A stretch of 64,000 nucleotides of DNA from Vicinamibacteria bacterium (GTDB lineage Bacteria; Acidobacteriota; Vicinamibacteria; Marinacidobacterales; Marinacidobacteraceae), in NCBI GenBank assembly GCA_963668695.2, contig CAXXLQ010000004.1:224001-288000 (forward strand), in the 5' to 3' direction. The notes under the pieces are model-generated. The model did not search any database. It was not told the origin of the DNA and saw nothing but the letters and a program-made list of their open reading frames with translations. How positions within the stretch are numbered: position 1 is the stretch's first letter; every line of letters starts with the position of its first letter. Both the position numbers and the translations under genes were made by a program. Shown here one piece after another: positions 38,347 to 47,955 of the stretch.

Positions 38347-40478
38347 TCCGCCGATCCCCGGGGCTGCGGTCCCGACGGGCAGCGCTGCGCTTACTCGTCC
38401 TTCTTGGTCTGTCTCCGGTCCTCGGTCAGGCCTCTTCCGCGCAGGGCACGCGCGGGGAACAGCAGGCTCCCGCGCCGCCGGTCCTTCCTACCCCCGAGCG
38501 CCTCGCCCGCGTGCTCTCCCTCGAGGACGCGCGATCCTTCGGCGACGGATGGCTCCGTGACCGGGTTTACGACCCCGATCCCGAGGTCAGGCGCCGGGCG
38601 GTGCTTGCCCTCGGACGTATCGGCCGCCCTGAGGCCGTTGAACCCCTGGTCGCCGCCCTCGCCGCCGACGCAGCGGGCGCCGTTCGCTCCACCGCGGCTT
38701 TCGCACTGGGCATCGTCGAAGACCCGTTACCGGAGGAAGCCGTCTCGGCGCTGGAGGCGGCGCTGCTGGACGCCTCCGGACGAGTTCGCGAAAAGGCGAT
38801 CGAAGCGCTCGGCCGGCGGGGCGGAGAACGGGCCGGCGAAATCGTTACCGGCCACCTTGCCGAGCTGGTGGAGGCCTCCGGCTACTCCGACCGGCGCGAG
38901 GACGTGGAGGCGTTCCGCCGACGCACCTCCTGGGACGAAGCCAGACTTGGACTCTTCGCGCTGGCCCGAATCAGGGACGACGGGGGAGACCCTGGTGACA
39001 CTGCCGCAATCCTCGGTCGCGACGGATCGCCACGGACGCTCTGGTGGCCTTCTGCCTGGACCGCGGCCCGTCTCCGGGATCCTGCTCTCGTGTCGCTGCA
39101 TCGCGCCTACGCCGGCTCACCGGACCCGGTCATCCGGGCACTCGGCGTTCGCGGCCTCGGCTCGACGGGGCTGGCAGTGGCCGACGACCTCACCCCTGAG
39201 CTCAGCCACCCGAGCGACACGGTAACGATCGAAGCGATGCGCGCCATCCGCGCGCTGGCGGAGGCCGACTTGCCGGTAGGGTCCACGACCGCGGCGAGGC
39301 TGTTTTCGGCGCTCGACGACCCGGTTCCGGCAATCCGGCGTGAGGCCCTCGCGGGGCTGGCCAGGGTGCGCCACCCGGAAGCAATGGATGCCCTGATCCA
39401 GCGGATGCAATCTCCCGATCCAGAGGTGCGCGCCGGCGCCGTCCGAGCTCTTTACCCGCAGGACGAGGAGGGGTTCTTCCTGCTGCTCTCGGGGTGGTCT
39501 GATCGCGATCCCGTCGGGAAGATCGCCATGGCCCGGCGGCTCTCGGAGATTCGGGATGCGCGTATCCGCAATTTCCTGCTGCGGAACCTGCTCACCGACG
39601 AAGATCCCAGGGTGCGCGCGGTCGGACTCACCGGGCTCGGCGAACTCGAGGAAGCCCTGAGGAGTGCGGGAGACGGCAGTCCCGAAGTGGTCGCAGCACT
39701 CGTCCGGCACCTGGAAGCCGAGGATCCCTACGAGCGTGCCGCGGCGGCGTCCGCCCTGGGGCGCCTCGAGACCGGGGGCGGGAGGCTCCGGGAGGCCTAT
39801 GCCGCCGACACCGCCGCAATCCCCGACTTCCGGCTGGCCGCCCTGCGCGCGGGACTGGCCCAGGGGTCAGAAAACGACCGGATCGAGTTTGCCAGCGAAG
39901 CCCTGGCCGACCCGGCCTGGCCGGTCCGCCGCGAAGCTCATGAGTTCCTCCGCCGCTCGGGCGAAGCGCCGGAAGAACCAGCCGCGGCCGAAACTCTCGA
40001 CTCCGCCGAATACCGGGCCATGCTGCAGGCCCCCTTCAGCCCGTTGGCCTGGATCGAAACCGCGCGCGGGGAGATCGAGATCGAACTCTTCATCGGCGAT
40101 GCTCCCCGGACGGTCTCCAACTTCATTCGTCTCGCTCGCGAAGGCTTCTACGACGGGCTGCGCTTTCACCGGGTGGTACCGAACTTCGTCCTGCAGGCAG
40201 GGGATCCGCGGGGCGACTCCTCCGGAGGGCCCGGCTACACGATCCGTTGCGAGATCGGCGAAGGCTTCTACATGCGTGGAAGCGTCGGGATGGCTCTGGA
40301 CGGCAAGGACACCGGGGGCAGCCAGTTCTTCATCACCCTGCTTCCCCAGCCGCACCTCAACGGCCGTTACACGCTGTTCGGGCACGTCCGGGACGGATTC
40401 GCGGTTCTCGATCAGATCGAGCCGGGAGACCGGATCCGACGCATTCGCATCTGGGACGGCATTACCTCGCCCCACTAG
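38343..40478 (+). CDS. Secreted HEAT-repeat protein with a C-terminal cyclophilin-type PPIase
   Basis: Signal peptide, many D....VR..A..ALG HEAT repeats, FHRVVPNFVLQAGDP, DTGGSQFFI, HLNGRYTLFG; start uncertain (CTG overlapping the menC stop). Confidence 0.85.
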   Translation: MIRRSPGLRSRRAALRLLVLLGLSPVLGQASSAQGTRGEQQAPAPPVLPTPERLARVLSLEDARSFGDGWLRDRVYDPDPEVRRRAVLALGRIGRPEAVEPLVAALAADAAGAVRSTAAFALGIVEDPLPEEAVSALEAALLDASGRVREKAIEALGRRGGERAGEIVTGHLAELVEASGYSDRREDVEAFRRRTSWDEARLGLFALARIRDDGGDPGDTAAILGRDGSPRTLWWPSAWTAARLRDPALVSLHRAYAGSPDPVIRALGVRGLGSTGLAVADDLTPELSHPSDTVTIEAMRAIRALAEADLPVGSTTAARLFSALDDPVPAIRREALAGLARVRHPEAMDALIQRMQSPDPEVRAGAVRALYPQDEEGFFLLLSGWSDRDPVGKIAMARRLSEIRDARIRNFLLRNLLTDEDPRVRAVGLTGLGELEEALRSAGDGSPEVVAALVRHLEAEDPYERAAAASALGRLETGGGRLREAYAADTAAIPDFRLAALRAGLAQGSENDRIEFASEALADPAWPVRREAHEFLRRSGEAPEEPAAAETLDSAEYRAMLQAPFSPLAWIETARGEIEIELFIGDAPRTVSNFIRLAREGFYDGLRFHRVVPNFVLQAGDPRGDSSGGPGYTIRCEIGEGFYMRGSVGMALDGKDTGGSQFFITLLPQPHLNGRYTLFGHVRDGFAVLDQIEPGDRIRRIRIWDGITSPH

Positions 40479-40623
40479 CAGCCCGTGGGAAAAGCACCGC
40501 GCACCGCACCGACGACGCAAGACAGGGAAGGGCCGTGGAAACCGGTGGATGCGGGGCACTTTCCCCACGGGTTGGCGGCGCTCGCGCCGCAGACAGGCAC
40601 GAGCTGACTCTCGCCGCCGGCGG
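40479..40623. repeat. Short type B-related element
   Basis: CAGCCCGTGGGAAAAG...CTTTCCCCACGGGTTG inverted repeat; perfect CTAG at 40475 and 40624 (the left copy contains the stop codon). Confidence 0.65.
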
Positions 40624-40633
40624 CTAGCAGGCC

Positions 40634-41524
40634 GTGGACGACGTTACGCGCCCCGGTTCTACCGGTGGCGGCTCGACCGGGGGCAACGCAGCCAGCTCAG
40701 CGCCCCGTTTCGGACTCCTTGCCGTTGACCTCGACGGTACCCTGCTGAACTCGCAGAAGGAGATCTCCGAACCTGACCGGGCGGCGCTCGCCCGCGCGGA
40801 ACAAGCGGGCGTGGTGGTCGCATTTATCTCAGGCCGGCGCTACGCGGAACTGGAAGTCCTGACTGCGACCCTTTCCGGGGCTGCCTTCCGGGTGGGGCAC
40901 GGAGGCGCGTTGATCCGGCGGTTCCACCAGACCATTGCGGAGATCCCCCTCCCGAAAGCGGCAGCGGAGCGAGCGGTCCGAACTGCGCTGCGCCTGGAAA
41001 TTCCTGCCCTGATCAGCGAGCGCGACGGCACCGTGCGGATCACGGCCCATTCGCCTGCAACGCCCCGGGTCACCCGTTACCTCAGAACCGTCCGCCCAAC
41101 GCCACGCTTCGACCCCGCTCCGACGTTTTCGGAGGATCCCCTGCACCTCGTGCTCGCCGGCACCCCCGAGGCCTGCCGCGAAGCCGAGCGGGACCTTTTG
41201 GAATCGCTTGGTGATTCGGTCAACCTCGAGCGCACCGAATACGCCGCCACCCGTCTCGGTCTGCTGGACGTTCTGGCAAGCACGGCGAACAAGGGAACCG
41301 CACTGAAACGGGTCGCCCGGGAAGCCGGTTTTCCGCTCAGCGCTACGCTCGCGATCGGAGACAACTGGAACGATCTGGAAATGCTCGAAGCCGCGGGGAT
41401 GGGGGTTCTCATGGAAAACGCCGAACCGGAGTTGAAGGCTCGAGGCTTCGAGATCACCTCGTCAAACGACGCGCACGGGGTGGCCGCCGCGATCGACCGG
41501 CTACTCCTGAACAGCCCGTGCTGA
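40634..41524 (+). CDS. Cof-type HAD-IIB hydrolase
   Basis: DLDGTLL, SGR, KG.AL, GDNWNDLEM, GVA.AI; stop supplied by the repeat. Confidence 0.9.
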   Translation: MDDVTRPGSTGGGSTGGNAASSAPRFGLLAVDLDGTLLNSQKEISEPDRAALARAEQAGVVVAFISGRRYAELEVLTATLSGAAFRVGHGGALIRRFHQTIAEIPLPKAAAERAVRTALRLEIPALISERDGTVRITAHSPATPRVTRYLRTVRPTPRFDPAPTFSEDPLHLVLAGTPEACREAERDLLESLGDSVNLERTEYAATRLGLLDVLASTANKGTALKRVAREAGFPLSATLAIGDNWNDLEMLEAAGMGVLMENAEPELKARGFEITSSNDAHGVAAAIDRLLLNSPC

Positions 41525-41762
41525 AACCCATGCGGCCCAGTTCTCCCGGTGGGGGCTCGAGCGGCGATCCATTCCGGCTGAAACCCTCCGCTTCGCATCG
41601 TTCGTCGTTGCGCTTCGGTCGAAATACACTCGGGCCAGTTCTCCCGGTGGGGGCTCCTCCCTCGCGCGTCTTGTCAGCCGGGCCCCCACCGGGAGAACTG
41701 GCCCCACCGGGAGAACTGGGCCTCGCCGCTCTCGGCGCTCACCCGGGTTCCACCACGGGCTG
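41512..41762. mobile_element. Type A MITE-like element
   Basis: ACAGCCCGTGCTGAAACCC / GGGTTCCACCACGGGCTGT with type A internal modules. Confidence 0.87.
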
Positions 41763-41769
41763 TTGACCG

Positions 41770-42897
41770 GTGAGCTTCCAGATCCTCCAAAGAAGCGGGG
41801 GAGCCCGGCTGGGACAGCTCCTCACCGCCCACGGCCCGGTTGATACGCCCACCTTCATGCCGGTTGCGACCGGAGGCGCGATCCGGGGGCTGACCAGCGC
41901 CGGAGTGATCGCTACGGGGACGCGCATCCTGCTAAGCAACGCTTGGCATCTGATGTTGCAGCCGGGAGACGAGAGGATCGCCACGCTCGGCGGCCTGCAC
42001 CGCCTGATGGCTTGGGACCGGCCGATCCTCACCGACAGCGGCGGCTACCAGGTGGCAAGCCTTGAGACCCTCCGCAAGGTTTCGGAGACCGGAGTGCATC
42101 TGCGCTCCTATCGGGACGGGTCGCCCCACGACCTGACTCCGGAGAGAGCCATCGAGATCCAGCGGAACCTCGGATCCGACATCGCGATGGTGCTTGACGA
42201 ATGCCTCTCCCTACCTGCCCCGCCGGAAGAGGTCGAACGAGCGGCGGCCCGCAGCCTCCGGTGGGCGGAGCGCTCGCTCGTCCCGCGTCGGCCCCCGGGC
42301 CAACTCCTTTTCGGGATCGTCCAGGGCGGGACGCTGGCGAACGTGAGGCGGGACAACGCCCGGGCCCTCGTGTCGCTCGGCCCCCCCGGGGAAGGATTCG
42401 ATGGATTCGGAATCGGCGGGCTGTTGATGGGGGAAGCGGGCGAAGACACCCGCCGGATGACGGCGCTTTCCGCCGAAGTGCTCGGAGAAGAGCGACCTCG
42501 GTACCTCATGGGGGCTGGACTCCCGGCGGACCTGATCGAATCCGCCGGGCTCGGTATGGATCTCTTCGACAGCGTGATTCCTACGCGGCTTGCTCGACGG
42601 GGCATCGTCTTCACTTCGACCGGCCGGCTGAACGTTTCGCGGGCTCCGTACCGGGACGATGTCGCTCCGCTCGATGAGGAGTGCGAGTGCCTGGCCTGCC
42701 GTGACTACTGCCGCGCCTGGCTGCACCACCTGCTTCGAGCCAAGGAGCGAATTGCCGCCACCCTGCTGAGCGCCCACAACCTCACGTTCTACGCGGGACT
42801 CATGGAACGGTTGCGCGAGGCGATCGCCGCGGACTGCTTCTTCGAGTTCCACGAAGAGAACCGCCACCGCTGGAGGTCTGCCGGCAGCCCTGGCTAG
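41770..42897 (+). CDS. tgt: tRNA-guanine transglycosylase (divergent)
   Basis: TPTFMPV, DSGGYQ, DEC, FGIVQGG, RYLMG, CECLAC and HN zinc ligands; tgt-yajC-secDF synteny. Confidence 0.92.
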   Translation: MSFQILQRSGGARLGQLLTAHGPVDTPTFMPVATGGAIRGLTSAGVIATGTRILLSNAWHLMLQPGDERIATLGGLHRLMAWDRPILTDSGGYQVASLETLRKVSETGVHLRSYRDGSPHDLTPERAIEIQRNLGSDIAMVLDECLSLPAPPEEVERAAARSLRWAERSLVPRRPPGQLLFGIVQGGTLANVRRDNARALVSLGPPGEGFDGFGIGGLLMGEAGEDTRRMTALSAEVLGEERPRYLMGAGLPADLIESAGLGMDLFDSVIPTRLARRGIVFTSTGRLNVSRAPYRDDVAPLDEECECLACRDYCRAWLHHLLRAKERIAATLLSAHNLTFYAGLMERLREAIAADCFFEFHEENRHRWRSAGSPG

Positions 42898-43657
42898 GTG
42901 GAAAGAGGCTCGCCCCCTTTCACAAAAGATAACGACGCATCGCGACTCGCCGCCGCGCGCCGGAGGCGCGCAAGGGAGTTGCGATACGCGGCGCGAAGCG
43001 CCGGGCGGTTCCCGGATGGGCCCCGACGGGATCAGCACTCACAATCCAGACCAACCTCGATTCCACCGCCCCATCCTCAAAACGGCTCGACCCGAGACAA
43101 GGGCCGCGCTGAACCCTCCCAGAAAAAACTAACGGCAGCGAACTCTGTTCGCTGCCCGCGAGTTCGGGGGAAAGTGTGAAAGGGGGTCCACCCCCTTTCA
43201 CAAGAAAGTAACGACGCATCGCGACTTGCCGCCGCGCGCCGGAGGCGCGCAAGGGAGTTGCGATGCCCGGCGCGAAGCGCCGGGCGGTTCCCGGATGGGG
43301 CCTCGACCGAAACTGCGTTCACAGTCCGGACCAACCGCGCCGCGTGGCCCCGTCCGGAAACCGCTCGACATCGCTTGAGGGTGGCGGAGACCCGTCCGGG
43401 CGAAAACTGATGGCAGCGAACTCTGTTCGCTGCCCGCGAGTTCGGGGGAAAGTGTGAAAGGGGGCTCGCCCCCGTTCACAAAAAAGTAACGACGAATCGG
43501 AACTCGCCGAAGCGCGCGCCAAGCGCGCGAGGGAGTTGCGGTTCCCGGCGCGAAGCGCCGGGCGGATTCCGGGCGGGGCTCAACCGAAACTGCGTTCACG
43601 GTCCGGACCAACCATGCCGCGTGGCCCCGTCCGGAAACCGCTCGACGTCGCTCGACG
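42898..43657. repeat. Tandem array of about 2.7 hairpin-rich 278-bp units (type C)
   Basis: Unit starts at 42898, 43176 and 43454; identical ~50-nt junction GGCAGCGAACTCTGTTCGCTGCCCGCGAGTTCGGGGGAAAGTGTGAAAGGGGG. Confidence 0.88.
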
Positions 43658-43666
43658 TGGTATCCT
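43658..43666 (+). promoter_or_regulatory. Putative extended -10 for yajC-secDF
   Basis: TGG-TATCCT at the end of the array, about 85 nt before yajC. Confidence 0.4.
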
Positions 43667-43751
43667 GCCGCGCGGTTCGGTGCCCGGCCCGCTCTCCCTA
43701 GGGGGATGCGGGTTTTTTCACATCAGCGCATCATAGAAACGGATTCTGACC

Positions 43752-44054
43752 ATGCTCCCCACACTGCTCCAGGCGGACCCGGGCGGCAGCCCATTCGGCA
43801 TGCAGATCGTCCTGTTCGCCGTCATCTTCGGAATCTTCTACTTCATCGTCTTTCGTCCCATGCGCAAACGCCAACGGGAAACGGAACAGATGTTGCGGAG
43901 CCTCGAACGCGGCGCCCGGGTCGTCACCTCCGGCGGGATTCACGGGACCATCGCCGGAATCCAGGGCGACATCGTGCAGCTAAAGGTCACCGACTCGGTC
44001 AAGCTCCAGGTCTCGAAGAGCGCAGTCGCCGGCGTGGTCGAGAAGAAGCACTGA
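43752..44054 (+). CDS. yajC: Preprotein translocase subunit YajC
   Basis: TM ending FYFIVFRP, G.RVVTSGGIHG. Confidence 0.95.
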   Translation: MLPTLLQADPGGSPFGMQIVLFAVIFGIFYFIVFRPMRKRQRETEQMLRSLERGARVVTSGGIHGTIAGIQGDIVQLKVTDSVKLQVSKSAVAGVVEKKH

Positions 44055-44085
44055 TCGGCTCGGCGGCACTTCCACCAGCGAGAGA

Positions 44086-45624
44086 ATGGCCAGAAGTCTT
44101 CGCCTCAAAGGGGTTCTGCTCCTTCTGCTGGTCGCGGGGCTGGTATATGTGATCAACCCGCCCCGGGACAGGATCGTGCTGGGGCTGGATCTCCAGGGCG
44201 GCATCCATCTCGTCATGCGGGTGCATACCGAGGACGCGGTGCGGGTCCTGACCGACGAGACTGCCGAGCAGTTCGCGGAACGCCTCGACAACGAGGAGAT
44301 TGACTTCGCAGACGTAGAGACGGAGGGACTCGGACGGCTCACCATCCTGAATCTGGACGATTCCCGCCTCCGCGAGGTCCGGGACATTGTCGCCTTCAGT
44401 TGGCCGGGCTGGGATCTCCGCAGCGCCGGCGGCGGCGACTGGTCGTTCAGCCTGCGCCCCAGCGAAGAAATCGTGGTCCGCGAACAGACCGTGGCTCAGG
44501 CGATGGAGACCATCCGGCGGCGCGTCGACGAGTTGGGTGTCGCGGAACCGGTCATCACGACCCACGGGAACACCGGCGACCAGATCCTGGTGCAGTTGCC
44601 CGGCTACGAGGACGTCGCGCGGGCAAAGGAGATCATCCGGGCAACGGCCCAGCTGGAACTCCGGCTCGTGCAGGCGGGGCCGGCCCTCGACGAAGCGGCG
44701 CTGCCTCCGCTGAACAGCGCGCTGGAGAACATCCCGACGGAACTGCCGACCGGCGCTACCGGTTACTACCAGGTGAACCGGGTCGCCGCCATCACCGGCC
44801 GTGATCTCAGGAACGCCCGGCAGGCGATCGACTTCCAGACGAATACGCCCAATGTGGAGTTCAGCCTGCATGCCGAGGGAGCTTCCCGGTTCCGCGAGTT
44901 TACGGGCGCCAACGTGGGCCGTCAGATGGCGATCGTCCTCGATGACCTTGCTGTCTCGGCTCCCGTCATCCAGAGCCCGATCTACGACCAGGGCCAGATC
45001 ACCGGAAATTTCACGATCGATGAAGCGGTCGATCTCGCGCTCGTCCTGCGCGCCGGAGCGCTACCGGCATCCCTCGAGTACCAGGAGGAACGCACCGTAG
45101 GGCCCTCCCTCGGCGCGGACTCGATCCGGAGCGGCGTAACCGCGTCGCTGGTGGGTCTGGCCGGCGTCTTGCTGTTCATCCTCTTCTACTACCGGCTCTC
45201 CGGGGTGAACGCCGTCATCGCCCTCACCCTGAACCTCCTCATCCTGCTCGGGGCGATGGCCTACTTCGCAGCCACGCTGACGCTTCCCGGAATCGCCGGG
45301 GTCATCCTGACGATCGGTATGGGAGTGGACGCAAACGTCCTCATCTTCGAGCGGATCAAGGAGGAAATGCGGACCGGCAAGCCCCCGCGGACCGCGATCT
45401 CGGTCGGGTTCTCCCGCGTCTTCTGGACGATCGTGGACGCGAACATGACCAGCCTGGTGGCCGCTGCGATCCTCTTCCAGTTCGGCACCGGACCGGTCCA
45501 GGGATTCGCGGTGACCCTCAGCATCGGACTCATCAGCAACGTCTTCACCGCCGTGTTCGTTTCGCGCTACATCTTCGACCTGGTGCTCTCCGGACGGCGC
45601 CAGGTCCCGGCGCTCAGCATTTAG
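44086..45624 (+). CDS. secD: Protein translocase subunit SecD
   Basis: LGLDLQGG, RVDELGVAEP, LRAGALP, TVGPSLG, GMGVDANVLIFERI. Confidence 0.96.
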   Translation: MARSLRLKGVLLLLLVAGLVYVINPPRDRIVLGLDLQGGIHLVMRVHTEDAVRVLTDETAEQFAERLDNEEIDFADVETEGLGRLTILNLDDSRLREVRDIVAFSWPGWDLRSAGGGDWSFSLRPSEEIVVREQTVAQAMETIRRRVDELGVAEPVITTHGNTGDQILVQLPGYEDVARAKEIIRATAQLELRLVQAGPALDEAALPPLNSALENIPTELPTGATGYYQVNRVAAITGRDLRNARQAIDFQTNTPNVEFSLHAEGASRFREFTGANVGRQMAIVLDDLAVSAPVIQSPIYDQGQITGNFTIDEAVDLALVLRAGALPASLEYQEERTVGPSLGADSIRSGVTASLVGLAGVLLFILFYYRLSGVNAVIALTLNLLILLGAMAYFAATLTLPGIAGVILTIGMGVDANVLIFERIKEEMRTGKPPRTAISVGFSRVFWTIVDANMTSLVAAAILFQFGTGPVQGFAVTLSIGLISNVFTAVFVSRYIFDLVLSGRRQVPALSI

Positions 45625-45634
45625 CAACCCCCTG

Positions 45635-46639
45635 ATGGACATCGTCGGCGACACCCGGATCAACTGGATCAAGTATCGGTGGTGGTTCGCCGCAGTCTCC
45701 CTCGTAGTGGTTGCCGCGGGGGTTTTGGACATCATCCGGAAGGACGGGCTCCGGTACGGCATCGACTTCTCCGAAGGCACCCTGGTGGTAGCCAAGTTCG
45801 CCGTGTCTCCGGAAATCGATGCCGTACGGGAGACCGTCAGCGCGCTCGGGTACGGAAGCGCCGTGATCCAGAGCTACGACCGGCCCGAGATGAACCAGGT
45901 CATGATCCGGGTCGAAAAAGAGCCAACGGACGAGCCCATGGCGGGGCAGGATCCGGGCGACGCGGCGCAGCCGGCACCCGAGGCTGGAATCGACGAGACG
46001 GCCAACCGCATTCTCGAAGCGCTCCGCGCTGGAGCTGCGGGAGAACTGGTATCCGTGAGCACCGAGATCGTGGGGCCGGTGGTCGGCGAAGAACTCCGGC
46101 GGCGGGCGCGGAACGCCACCATCTTGGCGCTCTTCGCGATGCTCATCTACATCGGCTTCCGATTCGAGCCGGTGTACGGGGTCGGCGCCACCATCGCGGT
46201 CATCCACGACGTCCTCGTAACGCTGGCTCTCGTTTCCCTCTTCGACTACGAGATCAGTCTGAACGTGATCGCCGCTTTCATGACACTCGTGGGTTACTCG
46301 GTCAACGACACGATCGTCATCTTCGATCGGATCCGCGAAAACCGTCATATCCACCGCCGACTGAGGCTCCCGGAGATCGTGAACCTGGCAATTAACCAGA
46401 CACTCCGCCGCACCATCCTCACGTCAGGGCTCACCCTGCTCGCGGTAGGGGCGCTGTTCGTCTGGGGCGGCGAGGTGCTCCGTGCTTTCTCCTTCGTGCT
46501 GGTAGCCGGGGTCGTCGTGGGCACCTACTCCTCGATCGCCATCGCTTCGCCGATTGTCTTGTGGTGGCGCTCGGTACGGGGCGGCACGGCGGCAACCGCG
46601 GAACAGCAACGGCCCCAGGCGCCTCCGGTCAGGGTCTGA
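45635..46639 (+). CDS. secF: Protein translocase subunit SecF
   Basis: GIDFSEG, VGPVVG, HDV, GYSVNDTIVIFDRIRE, GTYSS. Confidence 0.96.
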   Translation: MDIVGDTRINWIKYRWWFAAVSLVVVAAGVLDIIRKDGLRYGIDFSEGTLVVAKFAVSPEIDAVRETVSALGYGSAVIQSYDRPEMNQVMIRVEKEPTDEPMAGQDPGDAAQPAPEAGIDETANRILEALRAGAAGELVSVSTEIVGPVVGEELRRRARNATILALFAMLIYIGFRFEPVYGVGATIAVIHDVLVTLALVSLFDYEISLNVIAAFMTLVGYSVNDTIVIFDRIRENRHIHRRLRLPEIVNLAINQTLRRTILTSGLTLLAVGALFVWGGEVLRAFSFVLVAGVVVGTYSSIAIASPIVLWWRSVRGGTAATAEQQRPQAPPVRV

Positions 46640-46656
46640 TTCTCCCGGCGCTCAAG

Positions 46657-46833
46657 CCGGGTTTCCGGAGCGGTGCTTGCGCCCCGCTCCGGAAACGACC
46701 GGCGATGCAGCCCGGCTGAACCGCCCCCCCCAACCGGAGAATTGGCGCTCCGCGCTGCGCTTCGGTCCAAATACACCAAGGCCAGTTCTGCCGGTGGGGG
46801 TTTCGGCGCTCACGCCACTCTATCCACAGGCCG
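46657..46833. repeat. Degenerate type A element (left boundary uncertain)
   Basis: Reverse complement of modules seen at 32490-32520, GCCAGTTCTGCCGGTGGGGG, end TATCCACAGGCCG + CTAG. Confidence 0.65.
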
Positions 46834-46907
46834 CTAGACTCGCGCAGCGAGGTTCTTGCCAGGTGCCGTCTGGACTTTCCAGAGGAAGAACACGGATTCT
46901 CCTTGGC

Positions 46908-47636
46908 ATGCCGGACACCCCGTCGCCCGGGTTCGGGATTTCCCTGCCCCTCGGTTTGTCGCTGCACGGCGCTCTCCTGGTGCTGCTGCTGTATCCCTCC
47001 TTCGCGGTACACGAGGACGAGTTACCGACGATCGACGCGTACCGGATCCGCCTCTTCGCGCCTCCAGCAGCGGCGCTCCGCCAGGGGGATCCCATGGCGA
47101 GACCGGATCCCGAGGACCCGGCAACTACGGCTCGGGACACATCCCGAAGCCGACTCGCTGCCCCTCTCGCTCGCGCCGATCTGCTCCAGGTGCTCGAAGC
47201 GGCGGAGATTCCCATGACGTTCGGGGCCGAGAACGGCATTCCCGCGGGACTCTGGGACGGGTTGGAGTTCGGCAAACCGGAAGGTGTAGTCGGTGGCATT
47301 CCCGGTGGGGTTCAAGGTGGCCAGATCGGTGGCCTGCGCGAGGAGGCCGATCCGGTGCTCCCGCCCCCGGACGAGCCACCCGTCGCGCTTTCCATGCCGC
47401 GCCCCCGCTTCCCGAAGGAGGCGCTCCGAGACGGGATCCGCGGGCGCGTGGTGCTGCGAGCCCTGATAACGGAACGCGGGACGGTCGAGGTACTGCGGAT
47501 CCTGCGGTCCGTACCAGGACTCGATGCGGAAGCCATCAGGGTCGTAGAGTCGGAGTGGAGATTCCGCGCGGCCCAACGAAACGGCCGGCCGGTGGCCTCG
47601 CTCAGTGATCTGGTGATCCGCTTCTCGCTGCGCTAA
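46908..47636 (+). CDS. TonB-family protein (divergent copy)
   Basis: SLHG TM, GVVGGIPGGVQGG linker, TonB_C-like GRVVLRALI..G.V, WRF...NGRPV. Confidence 0.8.
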   Translation: MPDTPSPGFGISLPLGLSLHGALLVLLLYPSFAVHEDELPTIDAYRIRLFAPPAAALRQGDPMARPDPEDPATTARDTSRSRLAAPLARADLLQVLEAAEIPMTFGAENGIPAGLWDGLEFGKPEGVVGGIPGGVQGGQIGGLREEADPVLPPPDEPPVALSMPRPRFPKEALRDGIRGRVVLRALITERGTVEVLRILRSVPGLDAEAIRVVESEWRFRAAQRNGRPVASLSDLVIRFSLR

Positions 47637-47955
47637 ACCCGGCAGCCTCGCGGACCAACTGCGCAGCCCGGTTCTCCCGCCAAAAGGAGCTCGGTACTCG
47701 CTTGACTCCACCCACCGGGTGCCCGAGCAAACGAGCACGGCGCAGGTCGCCCGGCGAGTGAAACGCCAGCCCCCTGAGTGGTCCGTTACGGCATCTATTC
47801 TCTGTTGACATACCGGGGGCCGAGTGCTACTTTCTCCACCTTCCCCAGCAGCCTGGCAAGTCGCCTGCCGCTCTGTGCGGCCTCCGGAGATGGTGGCTCA
47901 CCGGGCTGTTCTCCGCTTCCGAGGACGGGCTGGATTCGGGGAGAAGGAGATCAAC

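Noticed and set aside
42898-43657. CRISPR array or repeated small-protein genes
   Set aside because: 278-bp units with homologous interiors; ORFs switch frame between units and lack motifs
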